Notes: generated by a model not told the origin, from the letters alone. A DNA stretch of 62,719 nucleotides, filler included, from Choristocarpus tenellus KU-1152 (GCA_964200185.2; 11 parts of 11 records of this genome joined end to end with filler, not necessarily neighbours in it); one strand, 5' to 3'. Shown: positions 35,279-48,746, counted from the first letter of the whole stretch. Numbers and translations are program-made.

Positions 35279-38048
35279 GCTTTTGTTCGGCTAGCTGATT
35301 TTTTGAACACGTTCCTACACTGCAGTAAGCAGTTCGCTATGTGTACATCCATGTCCGTCCACAAAAATGGATCTATTATTTGTACTGTTGTGTGGTCATG
35401 CTGTACCATGTACCCGGTACCTTTTTTGGTCATTTTTTACAAGGTGGAATCACTGCCAGTTCGACAAATCGGCGTGCGCTGGCTCTTTATTTTTATGTAC
35501 CCCTGCTACTAGTTATATTTTCATACTTCACTGGTGCAGGGGAGGAACTCACATGGTACAGTTTTCTTTAGATACGTTGGAAAATTTGATGACCAGGGGC
35601 AGAGTCTCACACGAGTTTGTTGCAGAAACCATCAAAGAGCGTTTGAACAATGTGCACCCACAGACGAATCATCTCTGTGGGCATTGTTGTCTTGCGTTGA
35701 CCCAGCTTGTGGCATACTTGTTGCTAGGTTGCAGGGACAGTCACAGACCTAGAGATGTGTGCTGCGTGCTATATTAGTTGCATTTCTCTCTGGAATGGTA
35801 TGTACTTCTCCCATCCCTAATACTACCCTATAGTGCTAATGGACTACGATGGTGGACTTAGGGATGGGAACCTGGGAATCGTAATCGTTCATGAAAAAGC
35901 TGAAGTGTCCCTCCCCCTGCCCACCTCCCCTGTGACACTACATCCTGATTATGATGAGAGTATGCCATTCTGGAATTGACAATGTAAGACTGAAAAAAAA
36001 GAGTCTCACCTGATTCTGACACGGGTTTCTGATTCCCTCCCCCCCCCTTGGTAGAGTTATCGACCAAAGCGATCAATGGAAGTATTGAGATAAAGGGTTG
36101 GGGTTAGGGCTAGGGTTAGGGTATGTTGTGGGGCGAAGACATCCCTACTTGAGTCAATGTGACATATATAGGCTTGTTCCATTGGTGGAAATATTACCCT
36201 ACTCTTTGAGGCACATACACCTCTCGGATGTCTGATGATGATCTGCTCATGCTTGATATTAACTCCCAAGTATATGATGTCTTCTGTCCCGGTTTTATTA
36301 CTTCGTTCTTTTTTTCTTTTAACACCTGGGGGTGGGTATGCATGCATGGCGTTGGGGGTGAACGCTGGGGTGGCTATGCAATGATTTTATTTTATTGTAA
36401 TGTGTTGTGTTGCCCTGCAGGACCTAAAGTGTTACATGAACAAGATGATACAGGTGGGGCAGTTCCTACCTCCAGAGCTGATCAAGGTGATGTGGGACGA
36501 ATGGTCTGCAATTGATATGATTTTTTATTGTAAATTATATGTGAGATTTCATGCTGTCAGCTTGTCTGTACAAGTATCTTGTTCCCCTTACTTTGGGGCG
36601 AGTCTTGATCTGTAGGAGTATGGATATATACTGGATATGTTTTATGTATGAATACGTATGTTGTTTTCCTGTGAGATGCAAAGTGCGAGATTTGCTATAG
36701 GCTCTTTCTTCTTTGGAGAGGAGAGAGTGAAAGTATCTTAGAGGGTACGAGTTTTGCCCAGTTTGTCCATTTGAGGCTTGTCTTCGCATGCCTTTTTTAA
36801 TGACATTTTCCTACTCAAAATATTTTCGGAGTAGGTACAATGTATGCGTTATGAAAAGGTATGACCGGAACAAGGATATTTACACTTCCTAACAAATACG
36901 ATAGCCAAAATTACATTGAGATTACAACATTGGAATTTGGCCCTCAAATGGACATGGCTCTACCATCTATAATACTTTGGCTCGAGAGGGTCCTGCCTTG
37001 TAAAAGAGGTGGTTCATCAATTTGGTTTCTTCAAAATACTGAGTATATGTGTAATATGATCGTTTCTCCCCCCCCCCCAAATATCGATACTTTGTTCTGG
37101 CAATGAATGTCTCCCTGGAAAAGACTCGGCCTTGTGATGAAGTTCAGTGCGGATTGTATGCATGCATGGGGTCATACCCAGATTAGTAGTAAGTTTTTGA
37201 AAAAGAAAAGATAATACTAATATGGTTGAAGAGGTAGGGGTACATGATAAGAATGATAATCATTACACCAATGGGATGTGATGGATTTTAAAGTCGAGTC
37301 GAACCAATTGAGAGGTAGGCAGGGTTGCATTTTAAGGATCCTGGGAAAGGTGAAACATACACCAATTTGTGCAATTGCAGAAAGAGGCTTTGCTGAATTG
37401 TGGTGACACTTTGTGTGAGGAAAGAGGGAATAGTAGTTTGTGTACATTATTGTGTATATAAACCGATGAAGTAGAGTTTACTGAACAGGGCATGAATGAC
37501 GAGTTGATGTTACAAGGGGTTTCAAACTCCTTGTTCACCTCTCAATTGGTTTGCCTCGTTGCACTTGGGCCAACGAAGTAATTGTGTAACAAAAAAATTA
37601 AGTATTTCATTTTGTGCTCGTGTAAAATTTTCTTATTTTATGGTCAATTTTGAAAGGTGGGAAGACACTAGTTTAAAAAGAAAATTGTTGACAAAATCTT
37701 GTGCATTTTTTTTGTGTGGGCAGAGTTCTTTTTCTTTTTCTTATTTGACTTGCCTTTGGTGACCCTCCAACAAAAATGTTCCACCTTGCATTTCCCTGCT
37801 CTCAGAGTAATGTAGTGAACTTACCGAGTAAATCCACGCTTTTACCCACTTCTAGGTAAGGGTTAGACTCTCATTAGAGAGGGTTAGGGTAAGATATGTG
37901 GGGGGTTGCAGCCGAGCAAGTCGTTTTTTAGTTGTGCTTCTGAACATGAAAAGGAATTGAGAAAACCTCCTGTACAACCACTCCTTTCAGAGATGCCAAA
38001 AACTGTCACTACCATTGAGTTGGCAAGTCAACTTGCAGGATGGTTAAG
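35279..38048 (+). CDS. Internal exons of an unidentified gene
   Basis: Phase-compatible exons 35279-35324, 35572-35676, 36211-36269, 36421-36486, (37337-37349) and 37991-38048 give AFVRLADFLNTFLHCNTLENLMTRGRVSHEFVAETIKERL…DLKCYMNKMIQVGQFLPPELIK(DPGKE)MPKTVTTIELASQLAGWL. Confidence 0.55.
36725..36983 (+). mobile_element. MITE family A, complete
   Basis: GAGTGAAAGTATCTTAGAGGGTA…TACCATCTATAATACTTTGGCTC, flanked by GAGA/GAGA. Confidence 0.9.
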
Positions 38049-40863
38049 GTATGACCGAGGGTAATAACTTGTAGTAGTCCCTCCATAGATGTACGAAACT
38101 CATGAATCCTCCAATGTACAAGCTCGAAAGTCCTTTCTCACTGTTATTTATCTGATGGTCGTGCCTCAATATCTTGACACAAGGATAGTGATCCGACGTG
38201 TGTGGGCAAGCTGGGGCAGTCATGGAGGAGGTTGAGAGGAGGATGAGAAATTTCTATAAACTGAAAGTGCGGTGTTGATAGATTTGGACTCCGTTGGCGT
38301 GCGTTTTCCCACAACACCCTGTTGACACTGTTTTTTTCGGCGTGACTCCATGATGCAACAGGTCCAACTAATAATTGATAGTTGTAATACTATGAATGTA
38401 ACTGCTGTTGAGCATTCATGTTGTCAGTAGTCTATAGGGTGTAAGAGTGCTGCCGGTGTGGATGTTAGTAGGGGGTTAGGGCTAGAGATCTCGAGCGTCC
38501 GATGTGTGGGTGACGCGTGGTGAAGAAGGTTGTGGTGTCGGACCTCTTCGTGTCATTTTGGATTAAGTAAAGGAAGCAAGTTCGGTAGAAAAATAGTGTT
38601 CTTTTTTGTACATACGCTTCTCAATGATACCACATACTCTGAAGTATATGCATTGGCTCAGGAGCTTACAATGTACTGTGACAGGTGAGCTGCGGGTACC
38701 AAAAAATCGGCTTGAGCGAAGTGGAAAACTGATGTTACTTTTCCGATGATGGACATGGACCTAACTTTGTAGATGTGTGCATAGACACTGAAATGCGTTC
38801 ATTTTCTGCACACCGAACATGATGTTTTGAACACATGGTGGAAATTTCTTTTTGTGTTTTGGTGTCGTGTTATTTGTGTCAGTTGTATCTGGTGCACTTA
38901 CTCTGTGACTTTGTGTCGTACGAGAAGTGGAACGAAAACGATCGAATTGGATTTACGTGCCTTGGTTCTTTAACCTGAGTAATTTTTAGTGCCACCTGTT
39001 CGAAATCTACTACATTAACAAGTTGATTAAACAAAAAATGTGTACAAAAAATTATTGATATCTCATCCTGCTGTACATGCGACATGGTATTTAGATTGAG
39101 AGAATATTCAATTCACAACAATGGCTTCTTCCTCTACAAAGGATACACTGTCATTTTTTAACAAACGGTGAGTGTATAGCTTATACTCCGACGTGCATTT
39201 TATTATTTGTATAATTTAGAACTTGGAGTCCAACATCTAGAATAGAACTCTATGTGCAAGAATGTTCCAGTGTCTTTCTATGGTGATATAATTTTTTCGC
39301 AAGTACTTGGTTGTTACACCCTCCATACTCAGATGAAGCTCGTACACCTCGATGTCCTTGAGATGAGAATGAACACGAAGAAGTAGGCAAGGGCGTGAAG
39401 CACAGACTTTGACACGATGTTGACAATATAGACGACGACAAAAGTTTGTTTTGTTACGATTTTCTCAGTTTTGGGTGTTGTTGTTGTACTTACTATTAAA
39501 TTAGCTGAAGAAGATAATCGACATTGAAATCGAAGTGTTCTATTTCATTGTTTGATCAAAACTTCGCATGTACCATGCAAAAGCGTGCGCTTCCTATATC
39601 CGTAACTATATAGTGAACCCCCTCCAAAACCGATCTGACTGAATGAGTACGCGACACGGGTCATTCTCGTGCCCTTCTGGGCGTGATAGGTAGCATGATC
39701 TCTTCAAAAATCGATACAACTTAATCTGATGAAATGTATACTTTTTTCCGATATCATATTATTATTATTTTTATATTTATTATTTTTCCCTCTGACCCTT
39801 TCGAAATTTGTGTTACCTCTTGTTTAATATCGGCATATGTTTATTCTAGTTTGTTGCATCAAGAGTCTTGGTGGGTATTTTGTTTCTACTTCCTTCGAAA
39901 TACTTACTAAGTTCAATTGTGTGAAGAGGTTTAATGCCGATATTGTTTCTATTTCAAAACAATCAAATGGGTGACGAACAGAGTTCAATTCTATTTTGTT
40001 CTCATTATTTGCTTTTTTCTGTAATTAAGACGAAAAGTTGTGTCGTATATTTGAATCTACAGTGACACCTGTTTTGTTCACACATATATAATCAACCATA
40101 CTTTGAGGAACAACAATTAATTAGTGGTCATTGACCTCGAGTTGTGCGGTTGATTTAATCACGACCATGAATTTCTTTATGAAAAGTTGTGCCGTTCCAT
40201 TGTTTGTACCACTAGTGGCGTGGTTAGTGGCGTAGCCCTATATCTCAAATGACCCCCGAACACACCTCGGAGTGAGTACCAATGTAACGTGGCCTGGTTC
40301 TGTGTGATGGGGGGTGATGAGAACCACCAGAGATGAGGATCAGAAAAGAAGTGAAAGATGAGACTGAGGCATGCATGCTGGGTGTATCTTGACCTCAGAG
40401 TGCCATCTGAATAAATGTGATTGGTTGTGACCAGCCATAACAGAAAACACAATCTCAGGCTTTGCTGGTTTGAATCCACCGCTCATGTCAGGGTTACCGC
40501 GTGCCAGTCGTGCGTGTGATCCACAACACATCACTTGCCCTAACCTCAGTTCCAAAAGATGACGCGCGCAAATGTATATGACCGCACTTGTTATCCTCAT
40601 CAATGTCAGAGATCCCAAAAAAGGTGACCTATCCCTGACAATAGAATTCGTTTTGTGTTTCCATTGTTCATCCCAGGTTAATTCTGAGTGGTGGACAAGT
40701 CTTCCACATTAATCTTCGTATCAATTATTTTTTTCATACTTGTATGTGTATCTTTTTTATTCAAAAAAATACACAATCTCATAGATATTTTATTTTCTAT
40801 TCTTGGTGACCCACAACCAATATTTAAATACGAAATAAGTATCACCTTGGAGAAGGATATGAC

Positions 40864-40944
40864 GTCGCTGTGCCCGAGCGGTTAAGGGGTTTGACTCGAA
40901 ATCAAATACGTTTACGTGCGCAGGTTCGAGTCCTGCCGGCGACG
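40864..40944 (+). tRNA. trnS-CGA: tRNA-Ser (anticodon CGA)
   Basis: Acceptor stem GTCGCTG/CGGCGAC, discriminator G, D-arm CCCGAGCGGTTAAGGG, anticodon arm TTTGA-CTCGAAA-TCAAA, long variable arm, T-arm GCAGG-TTCGAGT-CCTGC, followed by a TTTT Pol III terminator. Confidence 0.93.
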
Positions 40945-41009
40945 TTTTCTAGGATGCACTCTAGATATGCTTTTATCATCAGAAATGGAAAACTCAGTAA
41001 TTACCCAAG

Positions 41010-41188
41010 TTGTGGAATTAGACTGAGAATCGTGTACATGCGCAGCAGTACATGCGCAGCAGGTTCAAGTCCTGGTGGCGAAGAATCTTTTGTGTTGTAA
41101 TGATGTGGCAATTGTGTAGTACATGCGCAGCAGGTTCAAGTCCTGGTGGCGAAGAATCTTTTGTGTTCTAATGATGTGGCAATTGTGT
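41010..41188 (+). pseudogene. Decayed tRNA-like sequence whose 3' part is tandemly duplicated (71-bp period)
   Basis: The B-box-like GCAGGTTCAAGTCCTGGTGGCGA followed by CTTTT occurs in two units (41047-41117 and 41118-41188, one mismatch). No intact cloverleaf. Confidence 0.6.
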
Positions 41189-41817
41189 ACTTTTTGACGA
41201 TCTCAAAACAATCAAGGCATCCACGACTACGTGCAACTCGTCGTCATCCCAATCTCAGGCACCATATCAATATCTCAGTGTCAGTACACGGTGGCATCCA
41301 TGTTTTTTGACTTTAGCATAAGCAGTGGGTGTGTAATCATGTACCTACATAGTATGACGTTGCAATCAAATATGTTTGGAATGGTTGATGTGCAATATTC
41401 CTGATCGATTTTGGTCGATTCTCGACAGTCCTACTGCTTCTATAGTAACACTAACTGGCGAGCAATTTTGAGGGTCCAAAAAGTACCCGCTATTGAATGT
41501 TGTTCCACAGAAAACCTCTAAATTTACTATGTCATTATGGTCCTTTCCAAACAGTAAGTGGAGTGATTATTGTTTTCGTAAATTTCTGAGTCCGTGATCA
41601 GTATTTAGTGATACTGCAATACTCGTATAATATACTACTGTGTAGCATATACTGAGTAGTAGTTTTGCAGAAAGAACTACTTAGAAGGAATGCGACCATA
41701 GGTATTGTTCTTCCTTGAATTGGATTAAAATATAAAGGTGAAAGGTGAGGGCAATGGTCAATTGGCGATGAACAGAATATTGAATTTTGACAGGTAGTCG
41801 TCAAAGTGTTTCTGAGA

Positions 41818-41950
41818 GAGCCAGTGTATCCTAGAGGGGGGTGAATTTTGTCCATTTTGATTGTTTTCAAGTATTTGGAGTATAGACATGAAAAGAAAAG
41901 AGGGCACAAATGCTTGATGCATTCTTCTCATGGCAGATACTACATAATAT
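41818..41950. mobile_element. Single MITE-like terminus (family E)
   Basis: GAGCCAGTGTATCCTAGAGGGGGG…TTGTCCATTTT resembles the family A and D ends. The partner TIR was not found. Confidence 0.4.
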
Positions 41951-42039
41951 GTATCCCTGTATGGTATTGGGTGGGAGTGGTCTTCTAGGCCCTGTTCATT
42001 GATGTTTGGGTCACTGAAGAATTCCTGTATTGAAATGTT

Positions 42040-43165
42040 CTGTACTTACACAGGGTCATCATTTCGTCATAGATCTACTTGGGCTGCCATATCTCCATCC
42101 ACATATTCGTCCACATTCTTCTCATCATCACCATCCCCTTCTAAACCCTCCTCAATCTCCAACACTCGGGGGATGTCATCCTCAGTTGCAGGGGGAGGAG
42201 CAAAATTTTCCTTCAGCCCGCTCTCTTCATCCTCTTTGATCTACTCATGCTTCAGTGTTCTTTTTGCTGGTAACTTTTGGCAGCTTCACTCAAGGCCAGC
42301 AACTCGACCTTTCAAGCATTCCCTGCATTATTTCTGAGCTTGCATTTCCTTATCATCCAGCCTGTTGCAAAAGCACTCTGAACCCAGAACCCCAATAGTG
42401 GTACACCCACACACAAGACCACTTGCATCTTGTGAATGACTTTGAACTGTTTGAGTCTTTGACTATGGGGTGCCGCGCAGGGCCATAGTATCCTAGTGGG
42501 AAGGTCAGGCGTCCATTTTGGGTCCTGTGTGACCTTTCAGTGGTTTTCGTGCCGTTTGAACGAACTGATGTAAGGGCGATTTTCCTTTGTCTTGATGCAC
42601 CTTACTCTTCCCCTGCCTGGACCAAATCTGAAGGAAAATGACCTGCAAAACGGGCATCGAACCAAGGTGGTTTACAACATCCCATCAAGCCCCGAATGGA
42701 TGACTTGCCTAAACCACCCCCACCCTCTAGGATACTATGGGCCACACAGTTCCCAGCTACTACATGAGAGGATCTGTTGCTTCATTGGACATCATCGTGT
42801 TGAGATTGTACCCACAGCTCGATAAGTCGATCCTGAAGCTGACTTCACAACCTTTCGGTGCCACTATTGTAACCGCTAGGACCCCATTGCAGTGAAAAGG
42901 TATATACCTGTGTAACCCCAGCATCTTGATAATCCAATTCACCGTTCAACATTGGTAGGTTTTCTGAGGACCGGGTTTCAGCCCCACTGTAATCCACATT
43001 GTTGCAAAGTCCTCACAACCCCAAGAGTGATATCCCTATGCAAGATCCCACACATCTCGTGAATGAATTTGAATTTTGCAAGTCTTAGACCATGATGCAG
43101 TGCACACAGTTCCCAGCTACCATATGGAAGGATCTGTTGCTCTGGTGGACGTCACCAGTCCAAGA
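42040..43165 (-). pseudogene. Decayed coding remnant with an internal diverged duplication, interrupted by a MITE
   Basis: Acidic reading with several stops (LDDKEMQAQK*CREC…GLE*SCQK…KHE*IKEDEES…). The block CACACAGTTCCCAGCTAC…GGATCTGTTGCT occurs at ~42743 and ~43103. Confidence 0.4.
42480..42743. mobile_element. ~264-bp MITE (family D)
   Basis: TIRs GGGCCATAGTATCCTAGTGGG / CCCTCTAGGATACTATGGGCC, with a subterminal GTCCATTT. Confidence 0.8.
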
Positions 43166-43168
43166 TTG

Positions 43169-43350
43169 GGCTCAAAGTATATGTGTGTGTGTGGGGGGGG
43201 GGGGGGGGGGGGGTGGGGGGGGGTGGCGGCTGTCCATTTGGGTCAATTTTTTCATGTCGCGATTTTTGGGTGATTTGGTTGTATACGTTGGATGGATAAT
43301 AAAAGTGCACTTTTCCTGGTTTTGGTACAAATGGACACCTTGGTGTAGAT

Positions 43351-43400
<50 letters not shown>

Positions 43401-43411
43401 CCCTCCTCCCC
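43169..43411 (+). mobile_element. MITE family B ending in a poly-C tract at a contig break
   Basis: GGCTCAAAGTAT-(GT/G tract)-TGGCGGCTGTCCATTTGGG…CAAATGGACACC.TGGTGTAGA-(C tract). Confidence 0.85.
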
Positions 43412-46251
43412 NNNNNNNNNNNNNNNNNNNNNNNNNNNNNNNNNNNNNNNNNNNNTTAATTAATTAANNNNNNNNNNNNNNNNNNNNNNNNNNNNNNNNN
43501 NNNNNNNNNNNATGAAATATGAATTGGTATGCATGCATGGATGTTGAGCATGTTCATAATAGAGAAAATATGAGCATGCACAAGTTTATAAGTCTATCAC
43601 CACGCACATAGCCCATTGATACGGCATGTCTTGCCACTATTTCAGTACAATAGAAGAAATAGTGGCAACGAATCAAAGGTGGGCGTGAGTACCTTTGCTG
43701 AATCCTGGAGAGTTCATTGTATGCAACAACTAAGAAATGCATAGTGCTCAGGAAACTGTATTACATCAAAGTCACGGGTGTTCCCTGTACATTCCAATAG
43801 AATAGATTAGGATGAAGTGTGGTCGAAAAATGTGTGAGAACGTGAGATGAGTGCTGTCTTATGGTCGCAAACAGTAACACGTTGGACTAAATATGTGTAC
43901 AAAGTACACAAGGTTTGGACTATTAATTGGTGAGTGCTTGGACAGTCAATGCAAAGAGTAGACAATTTTGGCATTCCTATCCAGATTGACCACTGGACTC
44001 CTCATATATATGGAAATTACTCGTTAGCCAAATCTTGCATGAGGGAATATTGGTGGATTATGTCTATAGGGTGACGATTTGTATGAATAATACCTATCGT
44101 TCATGTAACAGAGTTCCCAAAAATATGGAAGCGTGTTGGGAAGATGCAAGTATTGAAGACAACAAACACACGCTTCAAAACACCTTCTCTATAACAATTT
44201 CTGGAGTACTAAATGCCTACTGTTTCTCTACATACTTCCAACGCTTGACAGGTCGCGAGATTACTCATCCTGGAAAGGGGATGGAGGATGTAGCACGAGT
44301 TTATTCACTCTTATTCCCAACCTCTCTTAGGGAGTGACAGTTCTTTTTCCCTGATCGAGTCATTGCTCAACAACAATATTATATAGTGATCATGGTTGTT
44401 ACAAGAAGAGTGAGTGGGTGCGCTTACTTCATGCTTGCATCCTACCCTTTCCTTGCCAGGAGAGCTGGAGGTCTCCCCTACTTACACATTGGGTGAAGCA
44501 TTGATTCATGTGTGGAATATCGGATTTCTGGAGCGTGATTCCCGTGTAAAACTATCTACTTCGAAATTCCAATATTTACTTCAAAAATGATTCAGTCAAA
44601 AACCCTAGCCCTACAACAACCCATACGATGATGAAGACCAAGATGTGGTCATTGAGATGTGCTGTGTACTGGAATTAATAGCACATGAATTGACACAGCC
44701 ACCACTATCTAGAGGACAAATATAATTGTGTGCACAAAAAACGTTTCAACTGCTGGGTTGAAGTTCTCAACCATGTACCAGAAAATGGACATGAATATTG
44801 GAGATATTCCCGGTATTAGAGTACAGTAGTCGTACTTTTGTCAAGATCAACTGATCGAAAAAAGGGAGCATAAGCGGTCCATGCCAATATTTTCTCTTTT
44901 TCTTGCTAACCCCCGAATACATTTTGCCTGAGGTCACCTATTCTCAAAGTCAGTACATGTACATACAGTACTTCAGGAGTTCTTTTTTCTTTGTATGGTG
45001 TTTTTCGATGGTTTTTGATGCATATCGCTCACATGTCGTTTCAAGGTGCTCATCCTTGAGAGGATTGGACATGGACACAACGGCTTTGACTTATTTCAAC
45101 TCTCACCGTGAACTATTTTCAGCTTTCTTCAACTGGCTACAATGAAACAGTGACTACAAGTTCAATACGAAAAATATATCAGGCATGACACAAACATATC
45201 GAATATATGTTCAAATTCTCATTGGCGGGTTTCCCACACTGATAATTCAATCTGTATGCATTTTCGTTACAGATAAGGCCATCAATAGACCTTGCACAAC
45301 AAATAGCTTCAAAGTGTTACGGGTGTCATCATATATTTTCTTAGGGCTAGGGTTAAGATTAACCGTAAGTGTCATAATATATCTTCTTCAATGTTAATGA
45401 CATGTTAGTCAAAGAAACCGAGTGAATGGATTGCCAAAGCTGATAACAATTTCATGCCCTCCATATCAATAGTAAGCACCCTACGTTTGTCACGATCCAC
45501 TGTTCTAACCCCAACCCTAACCCTGACTACAATAGTGCAATAGTACAGAAGAAATTACTCTTCTGCAACTTAAGAACAATTAATGTCCTTTGGCTCATAG
45601 CTGTTGCACTCAATGGTCCAGTTGTGAGTGCACCTATCGTGGAGCCAAAGAAGAAATGTTTTAACCAATAAAGTTGTCAAACCAAGGAGGGACATTCAGT
45701 TTGTTGCAGTCATGGGTCTTGCCCCAAGTGCATAAAATGTCTTCGTTACTAAGACTTTGTCCGGATAGGTAGCTTTGGCAGGCTCCTCATTTAAGGCGAG
45801 GATATGATTTATTGAGGGTTTGTGGTTTCAAGTGCATGCACTACTATAGCCTTTTTTCCAGAGTTACTGTGTGAGTCCGGTGGGTCAAGAAGTTATGGTC
45901 AGTGTTGTTGACCACTAACCAACAAAGGTTGATTTCTTGTGTTTAGACCCAGTGAGGGTACCCAGCTATCCATGCATCCATCCATCCACCTATTCACGAC
46001 TCACCACTTCAAACATCAATCCATCTGTAGCTATCTTCATCACACATCAAGCAAAACATCTCCCCATGTATCAATCCACTAATTTCCCCACCATAAAAAA
46101 ATCACTCATCACATCAGTTCATCAATCCACTAACCCTAAGTATTTAAGCACCATTAGATAAATTGAGTTAATGCGCAATAGTCAATTCATCAAACAGTCA
46201 ATCCGTCCATTAGTCAGTCCGTTCAGGCGGCAACATTTCCCCATCTTACAG

Positions 46252-47224
46252 CTGTCCATCCCCTCACGAGACAATACTCTTACACGATGCTTGAAGGAAA
46301 ATGCCCCCTAGCTGGTGAGGTGCCTGCTGGAGTTCAGAAAGTTTACAAGGTTCTCTTACTCTTGTTCCTTGCAAATGTGTCACCTCCTTAAAAAGGATAT
46401 TAAAGTTAAGCTATTCACCAACTACTTTTTCATGCCCTCGTCAAGCACCTAACCCTAAGAGTATCTTAGAGGGTACGAATTTTGCCCTGTTTGTCCATTT
46501 GGAGCTTGGTTTCCATTGGGGTTCGTAAGACATTTTCCTACTCGAAAAAAATTCAGAGCTGGTAAAATGTATATGCTATGAAAAGGTGTGTCCAGAACAA
46601 GGATATTGGCACTTCCTAACAAACACGATAGACAAAATTACATCGAAATCGCAACATTGGATTTTGGCCCCCAAATGGACGCGGCTCTACCCTTTAAGAT
46701 ACTTTGGCTCTAATCCTTACAATACATTACATACACTTGCAAGCAAAAGACTAGGTACATATTGATTGAACCAGAAGCCCAAACGTTTAACAAATACTAT
46801 GAAAGTGGCAGTTGCAGAGATGTACCCAATTGCCACCAACCCTGATTCATTATTTTACCGATCTTCGCAATCTGGAGACTTCCGACCTGTGTTGTTACAT
46901 TTTTTGGATTGTGAGGTAGGACTGAGATTCAAGAAAGGCGTATTGTCAATCAGCACTTTCAAAATTGAGCAAGAAAAGAGCTCACCTGTAGACGTTGTCA
47001 AACGTGATGTGCCCCTTCCCCTCAACATCAAAGTGTCAGAAGGCTTTGCGCAGATATTTCTCACGCATGAACACCACCTGCTTGGTGTTTCAACCAAAGA
47101 GATGGTGAGTGATACTTGTGATGTGCAAATAGACCAAGGGCCTCTTGAAAACGATGATACTGCAACTGCAATGACCAAGGAAACATTTCTATTAGTGATG
47201 AAGTATAGCCAGTATGTCAAGAAG
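46252..47224 (+). CDS. Two probable exons of an unidentified gene
   Basis: Exon ~46252-46314 (VHPLTRQYSYTMLEGKCPLA, donor G|GTGAGG) is phase-compatible with the 135-codon open exon ~46818-47224 (donor AAG|GTATGG). Other small exon-like segments in 43.6-48.1 kb could not be chained. Confidence 0.4.
46459..46710 (+). mobile_element. MITE family A with a small deletion in the left TIR
   Basis: GAGTATCTTAGAGGGTACGA…TACCCTTTAAGATACTTTGGCTC, flanked by TAA/TAA. Confidence 0.88.
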
Positions 47225-48716
47225 GTATGGTAAGTCAATGAAATAATTGAGTATCAGGGTAAGAAAATACTTACTGTTGCAAATTTTCTCCCAGTAACGG
47301 CTAATAATAATAAGAAGACTTGAACGTATTGTCTCCCATAGGTTCTCAGTTGTCCTAAATCTGCAGGTTAGAGTTGGGGGATATTGTCTTAATCCTTGCT
47401 GCCAACCAAAATTAACATTTCCTAGGGGCGTAGGCTCCCTAAGTATTTCCATTATCCATAGGTGCAAACGGAGTCCTGAATGCAGACATCCCTTTACGTG
47501 ATTAGGAATAGGACAAAAACCATATTACATCATCGAGAGTGTCCTCAGGCTGTGTAGTGATAGGGGAAAGAATCCAGTCAATTATTTGGTATTCTCTTAT
47601 AGATGTGCTGAATGTTTGCCCTGTCGAGCAAGCACACCAGTAATTCAGTTATAGACATTAGTATTCATCATCTAATGATGTCATCATAACCTGTCATCAC
47701 CTTATCGTTTTGCCTCTAAGTACTGGGTCTCATAAGTCAGTTGTTGGGAACAGGAAGGCACAGGCCCCAACCTCGTCTTCACTAGAGTACCTTCTTTTTA
47801 TGGAAGTGTTGTTTTCATTACCCTAACCCTAACCATGAGGGGAGTAAAACAGACTGTACGCCTAACTTATCCTGTACATCGTTGAATCGTGGTGCAGGGC
47901 TTCACTATGGCTAGTCTAGGACTGCACGAGATTTGAGGGAAGAGGTGGAGCAACAAGTGCTGGGAAGGCTGAATCCACACACGAAAAACCATCAAGGCAT
48001 ACACAGGGCAGTGCAACTAGCCGCAGTACTAGAGATAGTGTGTAGAAACCTAGGTAATGAGAACAGTGCAGTGCCTCTAAACACAGATCGGTACCCTAAC
48101 CCTAACCCTAGGTCATGTCGAATTAGGTTTCTAGTCTCAGACTAAAGTGAAAGATTAACATACGACCATAAATATCTAATGGTACCATGTTGAATAGCAA
48201 GGCCTTGTTCACTCACCTATATTTGAATTTCTGTGTTTCAGTTGTATTACATTTTTTCTGACATTCTTGGTCGCGGGTGCTTAAGTGCACTGTTGTTGTC
48301 ATACATGTTGTAATCATACCCTAACCCTAGTCCTAACCCATATTGCACTTATTCGACCACAACCTTGATAGAAGATTATATAATTTCACTGTCAACTTTA
48401 AAGACCTCCACCATTCCTCTATGACCCCTTCAGCAGACAAATAAAGAAGTTTATGGAAATGAACTCCATGACACTGGCTAATGAGATGAATCAATGACAT
48501 ATTGTTCCTGCCAATAAACTACCACCAAAACGAACAAGGATATTCTAAAGATATTGGGGGAGCCGTCCATTATTTGACAGAAAAGTACAGCTTCTCAATC
48601 CTGTGTCAAATACTCGTAAAAACATGATGTGAATATTTTTCATTCGTGGGATCTACACCCATGGATACTATGTGGAACATGAATTGCAAACAAAGATATA
48701 CTTGCTAAATTCTCCA

Positions 48717-48746
48717 CCTAACCCTAACCCTAACCCTAACCCTAAC
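48717..48746. repeat. Interstitial telomere-type (CCCTAA)n tract
   Basis: About 5 units. Shorter tracts lie at ~536-556, 3027-3040, 36093-36122, 45342-45355, 45506-45524, 47818-47834, 48094-48110 and 48318-48340. Confidence 0.8.

Noticed and set aside
36421-36486. CDK-like peptide DLKCYMNKMIQVGQFLPPELIK
   Set aside because: Neighbouring phase-compatible exons show no kinase motifs (GxGxxG, PSTAIRE, HRD, DFG).
33378-38048. Joining the large exon to downstream exons across the linker
   Set aside because: The linker is artificial, so adjacency is not evidence.
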